A DNA stretch of 64,000 bases from Methylobrevis albus (GCF_015904235.1 NZ_JADZLT010000040.1:449794-513793); one strand, 5' to 3'; positions 21,478-32,575 are shown, counted from the stretch's first letter. Program-made: numbers and translations. The notes: generated from the letters alone by a model not told the origin.

Positions 21478-22086
21478 TCAGCGCGCGGTGCCGAACGCCA
21501 GCCAGACGGCGATCGGGATCAGCGACAGGGCGAGCAGGCGCTGGACGAGGACGCGGCGCGGCGAGGCGCTGAGCAGGCGCTCGCCGGTGCTGGCGGCAAG
21601 GACCAGGGCGGTGTGCACGGCGGTCGCGACCGTCACATAGGTCGCGCCGAGCAGCGCGAGGCGCAGCACCGGCTGCGGGTCGGCCGGATCGACGAAGCGC
21701 GGCACCACGGTGACGAAGAACAGCACCGACTTCGGGTTCAGCACGTTGGTGACGAAGCCGCGCAGGAAGTGGCGGCCGGCCTTCGCCTCGGGGGCGTCGG
21801 CGCCGCCTGACCCGGCCTCGCGCCAGCCGTCGATCGCGAGGTAGACGAGGAAGGCGATGCCGCCCCAGCGCAGGGTCTCGTAGACGATCGGCGAGGCGGC
21901 GACGAGGTAGCCGAGGCCGAAGGCGGCGGCGACGGCGTGGACCGAAAGGCCGGCCGCGACGCCGGCGACGGTCAGCAGCCCGGCGCGGCGGCCCTTCGCC
22001 AGCGACAGGCTGGTGAGGTAGCCCATGTTGGGGCCGGGCGTCACCTCGACGACGATGCAGAGGACGAGAAACTCCAGCCACGACAT
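21478..22086 (-). CDS. LysE/RhtB-family amino-acid exporter
   Basis: 202-aa C-terminal part of track ORF 21478..23127, from the ATG at 22086 (MSWLEFLVL...). It carries the PGPN motif and six transmembrane segments. Confidence 0.8.
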   Translation of the reverse strand: MSWLEFLVLCIVVEVTPGPNMGYLTSLSLAKGRRAGLLTVAGVAAGLSVHAVAAAFGLGYLVAASPIVYETLRWGGIAFLVYLAIDGWREAGSGGADAPEAKAGRHFLRGFVTNVLNPKSVLFFVTVVPRFVDPADPQPVLRLALLGATYVTVATAVHTALVLAASTGERLLSASPRRVLVQRLLALSLIPIAVWLAFGTAR

Positions 22087-22133
22087 CGCCGGCCCTCCGT
22101 CTTTCGCCCGCCGGCCGGCGCGCGCCGCGGTGG

Positions 22134-22967
22134 TCAGGCCTCGTTGTCCGTCCGCCGGACGAGGTGCTGCGTCAGGTGGCGCTCGATGCGGTCCCACAGC
22201 CGGCGAATCAGCTCGACCATCACGAGGTAGAGCACGGCAGCCCAGAAGTAGGCCTCGAAATCGAAGGTGCGCGAGAAGATGCGGCGGGTTTCGCCCATCA
22301 GGTCGAACACGGTGACGATCGAGGCGATCGCCGAGCCCTTGATCATCAGGATGATCTCGTTGCCGTAGGGGCGCAGCGAGACGATGAAGGCTTGCGGCAG
22401 GACGATCTTCCGCATGGTGACGTAGCGCGACAGGCCGAGGGCGGCGGCGGCCTCGCGCTGGCCGCGGGCGACGTTGCGGATCGAGCCGGCAAGGATTTCC
22501 GCCTGATAGGCCGAGGTGTTGAGCGAGAAGGTGAACACCGCGCAAAAGAAGGCGTCGCGGAAGAACGGCCAGAGGCCGAGCGCCTCGAACTCGGCGCGGA
22601 AGGTGCCGGCGCCGTAGTAGACGAGGAAGGTCTGGGCGAGCAGCGGCGTGCCGCGGAAGAAATACACCCAACCGAAGGCGAGCGCCCCGACCAGCCGGTT
22701 GCTGGAGAGCCGCGCCCAGGTGATCGGCAGCGACAGCAGCGCCCCGAACAGCATCGCGAGGCCGACGAGTTGCAGCGTCGTCGTCAGGCCGTTGAGGTAG
22801 CGCGGCGCGTACTGGACGAGGAAGCCCGAGTCCCAGTCGCCGAAGATGGCCCAGCCGATCACGCCGGCGAGCAGGATCCAGAACCCCATGAAACCGTGGC
22901 CGGCGATGCGGGCGGTGGTCCAGCGGCGGGCGGGCGCCGGCGGCGGGGGCAGGGTGGTGTCGCTCAT
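22134..22967 (-). CDS. hisM: polar amino-acid ABC transporter permease (HisM-type)
   Basis: Permease with the EAA loop (EAAAALGLSRYVTMRKIVLPQA). Confidence 0.85.
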   Translation of the reverse strand: MSDTTLPPPPAPARRWTTARIAGHGFMGFWILLAGVIGWAIFGDWDSGFLVQYAPRYLNGLTTTLQLVGLAMLFGALLSLPITWARLSSNRLVGALAFGWVYFFRGTPLLAQTFLVYYGAGTFRAEFEALGLWPFFRDAFFCAVFTFSLNTSAYQAEILAGSIRNVARGQREAAAALGLSRYVTMRKIVLPQAFIVSLRPYGNEIILMIKGSAIASIVTVFDLMGETRRIFSRTFDFEAYFWAAVLYLVMVELIRRLWDRIERHLTQHLVRRTDNEA

Positions 22968-23674
22968 CGGCTGAAATCCCCGCGCCGCGCCCAGGCCTCG
23001 AGCCGGCCGATGCCGACCGACGAGATGATCGAGAGCACGAGGTAGATCGAGCAGGCGACGGCGAAGAAGAAGAACGCCTCGCGCGTGACGCGGGCGGCGA
23101 CGCCGGTCTCGCGCAGGACGTCGGCAAGGCCGATGACGGAGACGAGCGAGGTTTCCTTCATCAGGATCAGCCAGAGGTTCGAGAGACCCGGCAGGGCGAG
23201 GCGCACGAGCTGCGGCAGGATGACGAGGCGCATCGTCTGCGCCCGCGACAGCCCGAGCGCGCCGGCGCCCTCATACTGGCCCGAGGTGATGCCCTTGAAG
23301 GCCGAGAGGAAGACCTCGCTGGAATAGGACGAGAACACCAGGCTCAGCGCGATCATGCCGGCGACGAAGGAGTTCACCTCGACGGGCGGCAGGCCGAGCG
23401 CAGCGAGGATCGCCTGCAGCAGCATCTGGCCGCCGAAATAGACGAGGAACAGCGTCAGCAGTTCGGGCAGGCCGCGGAACACGGTGGTGTAGATGTTCGC
23501 GGCGGCGCGCAGCGACGGCTCCGGCGAGTTCTTCGCGAGCGCCAGCAGGAAGCCGAGCACGAGGCCGATCGGCAGGGTGGCGAGGGCGAGGCTGACGGTG
23601 ACGAAGGTGCCGGCGAGGATTTCGTCGCCCCAGCCGTCGGGGCCGTAGGAGAGCAGCGACCAGAGTTCGCCCAT
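22964..23674 (-). CDS. hisQ: polar amino-acid ABC transporter permease (HisQ-type)
   Basis: EAA loop (EGAGALGLSRAQTMRLVILPQ). It overlaps hisM by 4 nt. Confidence 0.85.
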   Translation of the reverse strand: MGELWSLLSYGPDGWGDEILAGTFVTVSLALATLPIGLVLGFLLALAKNSPEPSLRAAANIYTTVFRGLPELLTLFLVYFGGQMLLQAILAALGLPPVEVNSFVAGMIALSLVFSSYSSEVFLSAFKGITSGQYEGAGALGLSRAQTMRLVILPQLVRLALPGLSNLWLILMKETSLVSVIGLADVLRETGVAARVTREAFFFFAVACSIYLVLSIISSVGIGRLEAWARRGDFSR

Positions 23675-23807
23675 CGGCTGTCTTTCGAAGGTGGTCGTGG
23701 CCGGAGGGCCGATGCAGCGAAAACGGGCAGGCGCCGGGCCGGATCTCGGGCCGGACGAACCGCGCCGGCCGCGAGGGGCGGCCGGCGCAGCGGGGTCGGG
23801 CGGGCGG

Positions 23808-24587
23808 TCAGCCGCCGTAGACGTCGAACTGGAAGTAGGCGTCGTTGATCGTCTTGTAGGTGCCGTCGGCGCGGATCGCCTCGATCGCGGCGTCGAACTT
23901 TGCCTTCAGCTCGGTCTCGCCCTGGCGGATGGCGATGCCGGCGCCCGGGCCGTTGATCGCCGGGTCGGGCGTCAGCGTGCCGAGGATCTTGCAGCAGGCG
24001 CCTTCCTCGGTCGCCAGCCACTCGCTGAGCACGACGACGTCGTCGATCGCCGCGTCGATGCGGCCGCTGGCGAGGTCGAGCTTGTACTCCTCCGCGGTCG
24101 GATAGAGCTTCAGCGCCGCGTCGGGGAACTTCTCCTCGGCGTAGTTCGAGTGCGTCGTCGACGACTGCGCGCCGAGCTGGAGGCTGCCGAGCTCTTCCGG
24201 CGTGACGCCGGCGAGGGTGGAATCCTTCGGCACGGCGATCGCCGGCGGGGTGTTGTAGTACTTCGAGGTGAAGTCGACCTGCTTGAGGCGCTCCTCGGTG
24301 ATCGACATCGACGCGATGATCGCGTCGAACTTGCCGGCCTGCAGGGCGGGGATCATGCCGTCCCAGTCCTGCACGACGAACTCGCACTCGGCCTGCATCG
24401 CGGTGCAGAGCGCCTTGGCGATGTCGACGTCGAAGCCCTTCAGCTCGCCGGACGCGTCGAGGAAGTTGAAGGGCGGATAGGCGCCTTCGGTGCCGATGCG
24501 GATCTTCGCCGGCTCCTGCGCGGCGGCGCCGCCGACCGCGATGACGGTCACGGCCGCGGCGAGCGCGATACGCTTGAAAAAGCTCAT
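23808..24587 (-). CDS. polar amino-acid (Lys/Arg/Orn/His-type) ABC substrate-binding protein
   Basis: Signal peptide followed by a type-II periplasmic binding fold (IRIGTEGAYPPFNF, YDAIIASMSIT). Confidence 0.88.
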   Translation of the reverse strand: MSFFKRIALAAAVTVIAVGGAAAQEPAKIRIGTEGAYPPFNFLDASGELKGFDVDIAKALCTAMQAECEFVVQDWDGMIPALQAGKFDAIIASMSITEERLKQVDFTSKYYNTPPAIAVPKDSTLAGVTPEELGSLQLGAQSSTTHSNYAEEKFPDAALKLYPTAEEYKLDLASGRIDAAIDDVVVLSEWLATEEGACCKILGTLTPDPAINGPGAGIAIRQGETELKAKFDAAIEAIRADGTYKTINDAYFQFDVYGG

Positions 24588-24855
24588 GTCAGCCCCTGTC
24601 GCATGTCATGCCCGAAGGGGCATGCGGGTGTCCGGTTGGCAGGTTCCGGCGCGGGAGACCGCCGCCAACGTGCCACCCCAGCGGGCGACATCGGGCGGCG
24701 AGCCGTGGCCGGAAGCTGTTCCCTTCGTTTTCGTTCGGGTTCGGTGCGCGGCGTGGAGCGCGTCGTCCCGCTGTCATCATGATACGGCTTGCACCCCGGA
24801 TGCAACAGCGGACGGCAGGATGAATTCCGCGCCAGAACAAGGGCAGGGCGACGCC

Positions 24856-26163
24856 TCAGCCGGGCTCGGAGCGGGGCGAAATCCCGAACTCGGTGAAGGG
24901 GATGAAGTCGACGAGGTCACCGCGCGCGATGTGCGGCACGTCCTCGCCGATCTCGACCAGTCCGTCGGCGGCGCGCAGCCCGCTGATCAGGCCCGAGCCG
25001 TCGCGGCCGTACTTGCCGGCCTGCAGCCGGCCGTCCGGGCCGGTCTCGAGGATGCCGCGCAGGAATTCGCGCCGGCCGGTCTTGCGCGCCGGGGCGTCGA
25101 AGCCGGCGGGCAGCGGAAACCGCGTCGGCGGGCGCCAGGCGGCGCCCGACAGGCGGGCGAGCAGCGGCTGGCCGTAGAGCAGGGCGGTGACGAACACCGC
25201 CACCGGATTGCCGGGCAGGCCGAGGAACAGGCAGCCGCCGATCTGGCCGAGCGCCAGCGGCCGGCCGGGCTTCACCGCGAGATGCCAGAGGTGGCGACGG
25301 CCGAGCGCTGCGACGGCGGCGGCGATGTGGTCGCCCTCGCCGCGGCTGGTGCCCCCGGTCGAAACGATGAGGTCGTGGCTCTGGCTAAGTCCGGCGATGA
25401 CGCGGCGGACGACGGCCTCGTCGTCGGGCAGCACGCCGTGGTCGGCGAGCTCGAGGCCGCTGCCGGCGAGCAGCGCGGTCAGGATCAGGTGGTTCGAATC
25501 ATAGACCTGCCCGGGGCGAATCGGCTCGCCCGGGCGGACGATCTCGTCGCCGGTCGAGACGAGGGCGACGCGCAGCGGCCGCACGACGGTAATCTCGGCG
25601 CGGCCGATGGAGCCGAGCGAGGCGAGGTCCTGCGGCCTGAGGCGCGTGCCGGCGCGAAGCACCAGCGTGCCCGCGGCGACATCCTCGCCGGCGCGGCGGC
25701 GGTTGGCGCCCGGTCGCAGCCCGGCCGGCAGGCGGACGGCGGGGGCGCCGGCGAGCGTCTCCGACATGCAGTGCTCCTGCATGGCGACGGTGTCGGCGCC
25801 GGGCGGCATCGGCGCGCCGGTGAAGATGCGCACCGCCGTTCCCGGCGCGATCGGCGCCTCGCGCGCGGGGCCGGCGGAGATGTGGCCGGAGATGGGGAGA
25901 GCACCGCCGTCGCCGCCCAGATCGGCGGCGCGGAATGCCCAGCCGTCGACGGCGGCGGTGTCGGTCATCGGCACGTCGCGCGGGGCGGCGACGGTTTCGG
26001 CGAGCACGCGCCCGCCGGCCGCGGCGACCGCGACCCGCTCGGTGCCGGTGACCGCGGCGGTGCGGGCGAGAATCAGCGCGACGGCCTCGTCGTGGCGCAG
26101 CGACGGCTCGCCGGTGCGGAAGCAGTCGTCGACGTCGAAGCGGGGCAGGTCCGGGGCGCTCAC
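24856..26163 (-). CDS. moeA: molybdopterin molybdenumtransferase MoeA
   Basis: MoeA N-terminal, linker and MoCF-biosynthesis domains (GGTSRGEGDH, LPGNPV). Confidence 0.9.
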   Translation of the reverse strand: MSAPDLPRFDVDDCFRTGEPSLRHDEAVALILARTAAVTGTERVAVAAAGGRVLAETVAAPRDVPMTDTAAVDGWAFRAADLGGDGGALPISGHISAGPAREAPIAPGTAVRIFTGAPMPPGADTVAMQEHCMSETLAGAPAVRLPAGLRPGANRRRAGEDVAAGTLVLRAGTRLRPQDLASLGSIGRAEITVVRPLRVALVSTGDEIVRPGEPIRPGQVYDSNHLILTALLAGSGLELADHGVLPDDEAVVRRVIAGLSQSHDLIVSTGGTSRGEGDHIAAAVAALGRRHLWHLAVKPGRPLALGQIGGCLFLGLPGNPVAVFVTALLYGQPLLARLSGAAWRPPTRFPLPAGFDAPARKTGRREFLRGILETGPDGRLQAGKYGRDGSGLISGLRAADGLVEIGEDVPHIARGDLVDFIPFTEFGISPRSEPG

Positions 26164-26813
26164 GATGCGGCCTCGCGGCTGGTGGCGAAGCGCTCGGCGG
26201 CGGCGAGATCCTCGGGGCGGTTGATGTTGAAGAACGGGTCGACGGGCTCGGCGCCGATGCGCCCCTCCGGGAACGCCGCCTCGGCGGCGCCGACCTCATC
26301 GGCGAAGGCCAGTACCTTGCGGCGACCGCCTCCGAGGAAGGCGCGGAGTGCCGCGGCGCAGCCGAGCGGCCAGAGGGCGCAGACCGGGTGAACGCCGGTC
26401 GCAGAGCGCGCCAGCACGGCGCGGGCATAGCCCTCACTGGCGGCGACGAGGCGGGCGACGAAATCGGCGGGCAGGAACGGGGTGTCGGCGGCGACGGTGA
26501 CGAGTGCGCGGGGCCGGTCACTCAGGCCCGCGGCATGGTCGAGGCCGGCGAGGATGCCGGCGAGGGGGCCCGGATGATCCGGAACGCCGTCGGCGACGAC
26601 GGCGAGGCCGAGGAAGGCAAAGCGGGCCGGGTCGCCGTTGGCGTTGAGGACGAGGGCGCCGACCTGCGGCGCCAGCCGGTCGGCGACATGGGCGACGAGT
26701 GGGCGGCCGCCGAGCGGCAGCAGCGCCTTGTCGCCGCCGCCCATGCGCTGCGAGCGTCCGCCGGCGAGGATGCAGCCGGCGACCGGGGCGGCGGGCGCCG
26801 CCACCGTCAGCAT
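26160..26813 (-). CDS. mobA: molybdenum cofactor guanylyltransferase MobA
   Basis: 217-aa C-terminal part of track ORF 26160..28235, from the ATG at 26813 (MLTVAAPAAPVAGCILAGGRSQRMGG), the typical MobA N-terminus. It overlaps moeA by 4 nt. Confidence 0.82.
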   Translation of the reverse strand: MLTVAAPAAPVAGCILAGGRSQRMGGGDKALLPLGGRPLVAHVADRLAPQVGALVLNANGDPARFAFLGLAVVADGVPDHPGPLAGILAGLDHAAGLSDRPRALVTVAADTPFLPADFVARLVAASEGYARAVLARSATGVHPVCALWPLGCAAALRAFLGGGRRKVLAFADEVGAAEAAFPEGRIGAEPVDPFFNINRPEDLAAAERFATSREAAS

Positions 26814-26971
26814 GCCGGCGATCCCACAGCCTTGCCCATCGTCGTCTCCCGTCGCGGCCGGCGGTGCGCTGCCGCAGGTGCCAAACGTGGAATCCGGATT
26901 AGGCGCTCCCGGTTCCGATCGCAAGCCGGCGCGGCCGATCGGGCGAGAGGATGGACGGATCGTCGCGGAGG

Positions 26972-27889
26972 TTACGGCGCCGGGTTGGCCGCGGCGCGCA
27001 GATGATCCCGCGCGCGGACGCGTTCGCGGTGCACGGTATAAATTCCGGTGCAGACGACGATGGCGATGCCGATCAGCGTCGGCATGTCGGGGATCTGGCC
27101 CCAGATCAGGAAGCCGGCGACGATCGCCCACAGCACCTGCGCGTAGCGGAACTGCGCCACGGTCGCGACCTCGCCGTTGCGCATCGCCACCACGATCAGC
27201 ACGTAGGCGACGATGACACAGGCGGCCGCGGCGGCGAGCAGCACGAAGTGGTGCATGGTCATCGCCACCATCGGCAAGCCTTGCGCCGTCTCGGCGACCG
27301 CCAGGACGCCGCCGACGATCGTCACCGTCACGATGGTGACCGAAGCGACGAACAGCGTCGGCACGGTGAGCGCCATCCGCCGGGTGAGCAGGTCGCGCAG
27401 CGCCACGGCGAACATCGCGGCGAGCGCGATGACGGCGTAGATGTTGAAGCCCTCCGGACCGGGGCGCACGATCAGCAGGATGCCGGCAAAGCCGACCAGC
27501 ACCGCCGCCCAGCGCCGCCAGCCGACGACCTCCTTCAGGAAGATCGCACCGGCCGCCGTCATCACCAGCGGCACCGCCTGCATGATCGCGGTCGAGTTGG
27601 CGATCGGCATGTTGAAGAGGGCGACGAGGTAGAGCAGCGTCGCCAGCACCTCGCCGAGCGTGCGCCAGGCGAGCAGGGCGGAGACGTGCTGGCGCCAATG
27701 GGTGAAGGCGCCGCTGAGCCCCGCGATGGTCAGCACGACCACGGAGGCGATCAGGCCGCGCACCAGCATGATCTGGCCGAGGCCGAGATCCTCGCTCGCG
27801 AGCTTGGCAAAGGTGTCGTTGGCGATGAATGCGGCGCTCGCGACCAGCATCGCGATGATGCCGCGGAGCGTTTCGCGAAGCGTGGACAT
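26972..27889 (-). CDS. EamA/DMT-family transporter
   Basis: Ten predicted transmembrane helices with tandem EamA domains. Start at MSTLRETLRG. Confidence 0.75.
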   Translation of the reverse strand: MSTLRETLRGIIAMLVASAAFIANDTFAKLASEDLGLGQIMLVRGLIASVVVLTIAGLSGAFTHWRQHVSALLAWRTLGEVLATLLYLVALFNMPIANSTAIMQAVPLVMTAAGAIFLKEVVGWRRWAAVLVGFAGILLIVRPGPEGFNIYAVIALAAMFAVALRDLLTRRMALTVPTLFVASVTIVTVTIVGGVLAVAETAQGLPMVAMTMHHFVLLAAAAACVIVAYVLIVVAMRNGEVATVAQFRYAQVLWAIVAGFLIWGQIPDMPTLIGIAIVVCTGIYTVHRERVRARDHLRAAANPAP

Positions 27890-28051
27890 GGGACCCGGGA
27901 GATCGATCTGCCGCGGAGTGGTCCGGAATCGCCGGACCCGTTGCCGCATCGCGGGCGGGCCGGAGGCCGGTCGGCGACGGCCCTAGATAGACCCGAGGTC
28001 GTTCTTGAGCAAACGATAAAATTTCGGGACAGGCATGACCCAGGGACGGTC

Positions 28052-29095
28052 TCAGCCGCCGGTCACCGACATATGCCGGCCGACCGATGGCGCCTGGCGG
28101 CGGCGGTCGATGACGAAGTCGTGGCCCTTGGGCTTGCGCGAGATCGCCTCCTCGATCGCCCGGCCTAGCGCCTCGTCGCTCTCCGAGGCGCGCAGTGCGG
28201 CGCGGAGATCGGCGGCGTCTTCCTGGCCGAGACACATGTAGAGGGTGCCGGTGCAGGTGACGCGGACGCGGTTGCAGCTTTCGCAGAAATTGTGGGTCAG
28301 CGGCGTGATGAAGCCGAGCCGGCCGCCGGTTTCCTCGACGCGGACGTAGCGGGCCGGGCCGCCGGTCTTGTAGGGGATCTCGGTCAGCGTGAAGCGCTCT
28401 GCGAGGCGGCGGCGGACGAGGTCGAGCGGCAGATACTGGTCGGTGCGGTCGCCCTCGATGTCGCCGAGCGGCATGGTCTCGATCAGGGTGAGGTCGTGGC
28501 CCTCGCCGTGCGCCCAGCGCAGCATCTCCTCGATCTCGTGTTCGTTGAGATTTTTCAGCGCCACGGCGTTGATCTTGACGCCGAGCCCGGCGGCCTTCGC
28601 CGCGGCGACGCCTTCAAGCACCTTGGCGAGATCGCCCCAGCGGGTGATGCGGCGGAATTTTTCCGCGTCGAGCGTGTCGATCGAGACGTTGACCCGGCGC
28701 ACGCCGGCGCTGGCGAGCTCGGCGGCATAGCGGGCGAGCTGCGAGCCGTTGGTGGTCAGCGTCAGCTCGTCGAGCGCGCCGGTCTCGAAGTGGCGCGACA
28801 GGCCGTGGAACAGGCTCATGATGTTCTTGCGCACCAGCGGCTCGCCGCCGGTGATGCGCAGGCGCCGGACGCCGCGCGCGACGAAGGCGCTGCACAGGCG
28901 GTCGAGCTCCTCGAGGGTGAGGATGTCGCGCTTGGGCAGGAAGGTCATGTCTTCCGCCATGCAGTAGACGCAGCGGAAATCGCAGCGGTCCGTGACGGAG
29001 ACGCGCAGGTAGGTGATGGCGCGGGCGAACGGATCGATCAGCGGCGCCGCCTTGCCCGGATCGGCCGTCAGCGGCAGCCTGTCTTCGAAACCCAT
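28052..29095 (-). CDS. moaA: GTP 3',8-cyclase MoaA
   Basis: Radical-SAM CxxxCxxC motif (CDFRCVYC) and the C-terminal MoaA [4Fe-4S] motif ([13 protein letters not shown]). Confidence 0.95.
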   Translation of the reverse strand: MGFEDRLPLTADPGKAAPLIDPFARAITYLRVSVTDRCDFRCVYCMAEDMTFLPKRDILTLEELDRLCSAFVARGVRRLRITGGEPLVRKNIMSLFHGLSRHFETGALDELTLTTNGSQLARYAAELASAGVRRVNVSIDTLDAEKFRRITRWGDLAKVLEGVAAAKAAGLGVKINAVALKNLNEHEIEEMLRWAHGEGHDLTLIETMPLGDIEGDRTDQYLPLDLVRRRLAERFTLTEIPYKTGGPARYVRVEETGGRLGFITPLTHNFCESCNRVRVTCTGTLYMCLGQEDAADLRAALRASESDEALGRAIEEAISRKPKGHDFVIDRRRQAPSVGRHMSVTGG

Positions 29096-29285
29096 GCCCT
29101 GCTCCCGATTGCCGCGGCTGTCCGCACGTTGTGGCCGCTGGTCGTTTTCGGAAAGGTAGTGGTTGCCGGGCGCCTTCTCAAGCGATGCCCGCGGCGATGA
29201 CGGAATTGCGATGTGGCGCGACGGGCTTGCCGCCGCGCGCGGCGTGCCCTAGGCCACGGGGACACGGCGAAGACAGGAGCGACGG

Positions 29286-29675
29286 ATGGCTGAGAGCCCG
29301 CACGAGAGCATTCACTGGCCGACGGAGATCCGCCTCGGCAAGGACAAGCGCACGCTGTCCGTCACCTTCGACGACGGCGCCCGCTTCGACCTCGCCGCCG
29401 AATACCTGCGCGTCTGCTCGCCCTCGGCCGAAGTGCAGGGGCACGGGCCGGACCAGAAGCAGACCGTGCCGGGCAAGCGCGACGTTACCATCATCGCCCT
29501 CGAGCCGATCGGCACCTACGCGGTGCGCGTGCGCTTCGACGACATGCACGACACCGGGCTGTTCACCTGGGACTACCTGCACAAGCTCGGCACCGACCGC
29601 GAGCGGCTGTGGCACGCGTATCTGGAAGAACTCGCGACGAAGGGCTTGAGCCGGGATCCGAAGAAGCGGGGGTAG
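29286..29675 (+). CDS. DUF971 family protein
   Basis: 129 aa with the conserved D(F)xD(G)xxxxF/W signature (FDDMHDTGLFTWDYL). Confidence 0.75.
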   Translation: MAESPHESIHWPTEIRLGKDKRTLSVTFDDGARFDLAAEYLRVCSPSAEVQGHGPDQKQTVPGKRDVTIIALEPIGTYAVRVRFDDMHDTGLFTWDYLHKLGTDRERLWHAYLEELATKGLSRDPKKRG

Positions 29676-29685
29676 GGCGTCGGCA

Positions 29686-29826
29686 ATTCCCTTCTCCCCC
29701 TGTGGGAGAAGGTGCCCGAAGGGCGGATGAGGGGTGCAGCGCTTCCGCAACGATGAGGCTCTGCGGCGATGCCGCGCCCCCTCATCCGGCCGCTGCGCGG
29801 CCACCTTCTCCCGCGAGGGGAGAAAG
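29686..29826. repeat. REP/BIME-like palindromic element (family A, copy 2)
   Basis: Inverted pair of the same unit, ...TTCTCCCCCTGTGGGAGAAGGTGCCCGAAGGGCGGATGAGGGG ... CCCCCTCATCCGGCC..CCACCTTCTCCCGCGAGGGGAGAAAG. It lies between the DUF971 gene and gatB. Confidence 0.85.
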
Positions 29827-29835
29827 ATCTGCCCC

Positions 29836-31317
29836 TCACTCGATCCCGAGCTTCGCCTTCACGATCACATTCACCGCCTGCGGGTTGGCCTTGCCGCCGG
29901 TCTGCTTCATGACCTGGCCGACGAACCAGCCGGCCATGGTCGGCTTCGCCTTCGCCTGCTCGACCTTGTCGGGGTTGGCCGCGATCACCGCGTCGACGGC
30001 GGTTTCGATCGCGCCGGTGTCGGTGACCTGGCGCATGCCGCGGCTCTCGACCAGCTCGCGCGGGTCGCCGCCCTCGGTCCAGACGATCTCGAACAGGTCC
30101 TTCGCGATCTTGCCCGAGATGGTCTCGTCGGCGATCAGGTCGACGATGGCGCCGAGCTGGTCGGCGGACATCGGGCTGGCGTCGATCTCCTTGCCTTCCT
30201 TGTTGAGGCGGCCGAAGAACTCGTTGATCACCCAGTTCGCCGCCGCCTTGGCGTCGCGGCCCTTGGCCACCTTCTCGAAGAAGTCGGCCGAGGCGCGCTC
30301 CAGCGTCAGCACCATCGCGTCGTAGGGCGTCACGCCGTAGTCGCGGATGAAGCGGGCCGTCTTGTCGTCGGGGAGTTCCGGCAGGGCGCTCGCGAGGCTG
30401 TCGACGTAGGCCTGGTCGAATTCGAGCGGCAACAGGTCGGGGTCGGGGAAATAGCGGTAGTCGTGCGCCTCTTCCTTCGAGCGCATCGAGCGGGTGACGC
30501 CCTCGCGCGGGTCGAACAGGCGGGTCTCCTGCGCGATCTTGCCGCCGTCCTCGATGATGCCAATTTGGCGGCGCGCCTCGTATTCGATCGCCTGGCCGGC
30601 GAAGCGGATCGAGTTGACGTTCTTGATCTCGCAGCGCGTGCCGAGCTCGGCGCCCGGCCGGCGCACCGAGACGTTGATGTCGGCGCGCATGGAGCCTTCC
30701 TCCATGTTGCCGTCGCAGGTGCCGAGGTAGCGCAGGATGGTGCGCAGCTTGGCGAGATAGGCCTTCGCCTCGTCGGAGCAGCGCAGATCCGGCTTCGAGA
30801 CGATTTCCATCAGCGCGACGCCGGACCGGTTGAGGTCGACGAAGGACATGGTCGGGTGCTGGTCGTGGATCGACTTGCCGGCGTCCTGCTCAAGATGCAG
30901 CCGCTCGACGCCGACCTCGACGGTCTCGCCGTTCGGCATGTCGAGGATGACGGTGCCCTCGCCGACGATCGGCTGCTTGAACTGGCTGATCTGGTAGCCC
31001 TGCGGCAGGTCCGGATAGAAGTAGTTCTTGCGGTCGAAGACGCTGCGAAGGTTGATCTGGGCCTTGAGGCCGAGCCCGGTGCGGATCGCCTGCGCGACGC
31101 ACTCGGCGTTGATCACCGGCAGCATGCCCGGCATCGCCGCGTCGACGAGGCTGACGTGGGCGTTCGGCGCGCCGCCGTATTCGGCGCTCGCCCCGGAGAA
31201 CAGCTTCGACTTCGACGTGACCTGCGCATGCACCTCCATGCCGATGACGACCTCCCAGTCGCCGGTGGCGCCGGAAATCAGCTTCTTCGGATCGGGTTCG
31301 CGATAGGCGAAGGTCAT
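29836..31317 (-). CDS. gatB: Asp-tRNA(Asn)/Glu-tRNA(Gln) amidotransferase subunit B
   Basis: GatB N-terminal catalytic domain plus the GatB/YqeY C-terminal domain. Start at [12 protein letters not shown] ([15 protein letters not shown]). Confidence 0.93.
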   Translation of the reverse strand: MTFAYREPDPKKLISGATGDWEVVIGMEVHAQVTSKSKLFSGASAEYGGAPNAHVSLVDAAMPGMLPVINAECVAQAIRTGLGLKAQINLRSVFDRKNYFYPDLPQGYQISQFKQPIVGEGTVILDMPNGETVEVGVERLHLEQDAGKSIHDQHPTMSFVDLNRSGVALMEIVSKPDLRCSDEAKAYLAKLRTILRYLGTCDGNMEEGSMRADINVSVRRPGAELGTRCEIKNVNSIRFAGQAIEYEARRQIGIIEDGGKIAQETRLFDPREGVTRSMRSKEEAHDYRYFPDPDLLPLEFDQAYVDSLASALPELPDDKTARFIRDYGVTPYDAMVLTLERASADFFEKVAKGRDAKAAANWVINEFFGRLNKEGKEIDASPMSADQLGAIVDLIADETISGKIAKDLFEIVWTEGGDPRELVESRGMRQVTDTGAIETAVDAVIAANPDKVEQAKAKPTMAGWFVGQVMKQTGGKANPQAVNVIVKAKLGIE

Positions 31318-31429
31318 GGGTCTCGGTCTCGTCGTTGACGGGATGCGTTGCGCCTTCAATGGGCCGGGCAGCGCCGCGCCGTCAAGGGCGAGAACGGGGC
31401 CGGGCCGCCCGTGGGCGGCCCGGCGATGG

Positions 31430-32575
31430 TCAGGTGTCTCGCAGCTGGACGATGTCGTTCATCAGGCCGCTGACGCCGTTGTGGATCGTGAGCCGGTCCA
31501 CCTTCGACGCGATGGTCTCCAGCGCCTCGAGCTCCTTGAGGCGCAGCATGACCGGGTTCTCGGCCATCACCTTCGCCGTGTTGAGCAGCGAACGGGTCGC
31601 GTTCGTCTCCTCACGGCGCCGGATGACGTTGGCCTCGGCCTGCTTCTCGGCCGTGACCACCTGGTTCAGGATGTCGCGCATCTCGCCCGGCAGGATCACG
31701 TCCTTCAGCGAGACGGCGCCGAGCTCGACGCCGACCGCCGCCATCTCCGCGCCGAGGGCGGCGACCGCCTCCGGCTTGAGGCCGGCCTTGGTCTCGAGGA
31801 TGTGGTCCAGCGTCTGCCCGCCGAGCGTCTCGCGGAAGGCGAGCTGCAGGGCGCGGTAGAGCATGTCGCCCGCATCCTTGACGCCGATCGTCGCCTTGAT
31901 CGGGTCGACGATGCGGTAGCCGGCCGTGACGTTGACGCGGATCGTGACGCGGTCGCGGGTCAGGAGTTCCTGGCCGTTGACGTCGAGCACCTGCGGCTTC
32001 AGGTCGACCTGCCGCACCTCGATCGCGGCGTCCGACGCCCAGAAGGCGTGGAAGCCCGGGCCGAGCGTCTCGCGGTAGACGCCGTCGACCATGAGCAGTC
32101 CGATCTTGCCGTCCGGGACCGTGGCGGTCTGGACGGCCGCGATCCGGCCGCTGAGGGCGAGGCGCCGCGCGAGCAGCGGTTCGATCTTCAGCGAAGCGGC
32201 GAGGTCGAAGCGGCGGATCGTCCATGGACCGGCGTCGGTCCACAGCACCAGCCGCGCGTTCGGAGCGAGCGCGACGAGCAGGTCGCTCTCGCGCTCGATC
32301 AGCACGACCTCGCGTTCGCCGGCCTTGACCACCGTCAGGTGACGGGCGGCCACGTCCGGGAGCCGATCGATGAGCGCCTTCTCATAGGTCGAGCGGAAGC
32401 GCGGCTCGGCGAGATTGTGGCGCTCGATGACCAGGGTGCCGCGAAAGTTCGGCATCCTGTGCACGCCCGCACCGTAAATCCCGAGGACCTTGCCCTCGTA
32501 GAGCGCGACGACGCGCTCCGCTTCGCTCACGAGCACCCGCTCGTACCCAAGAAACCTGGTCAACTTGCTCATCAT
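31430..32575 (-). CDS. SPFH/band-7 (stomatin-like) family protein with extended N-terminal domain
   Basis: 381 aa. An about 170-aa N-terminal region is followed by an SPFH domain and a coiled-coil segment ([24 protein letters not shown]). Confidence 0.75.
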   Translation of the reverse strand: MMSKLTRFLGYERVLVSEAERVVALYEGKVLGIYGAGVHRMPNFRGTLVIERHNLAEPRFRSTYEKALIDRLPDVAARHLTVVKAGEREVVLIERESDLLVALAPNARLVLWTDAGPWTIRRFDLAASLKIEPLLARRLALSGRIAAVQTATVPDGKIGLLMVDGVYRETLGPGFHAFWASDAAIEVRQVDLKPQVLDVNGQELLTRDRVTIRVNVTAGYRIVDPIKATIGVKDAGDMLYRALQLAFRETLGGQTLDHILETKAGLKPEAVAALGAEMAAVGVELGAVSLKDVILPGEMRDILNQVVTAEKQAEANVIRRREETNATRSLLNTAKVMAENPVMLRLKELEALETIASKVDRLTIHNGVSGLMNDIVQLRDT

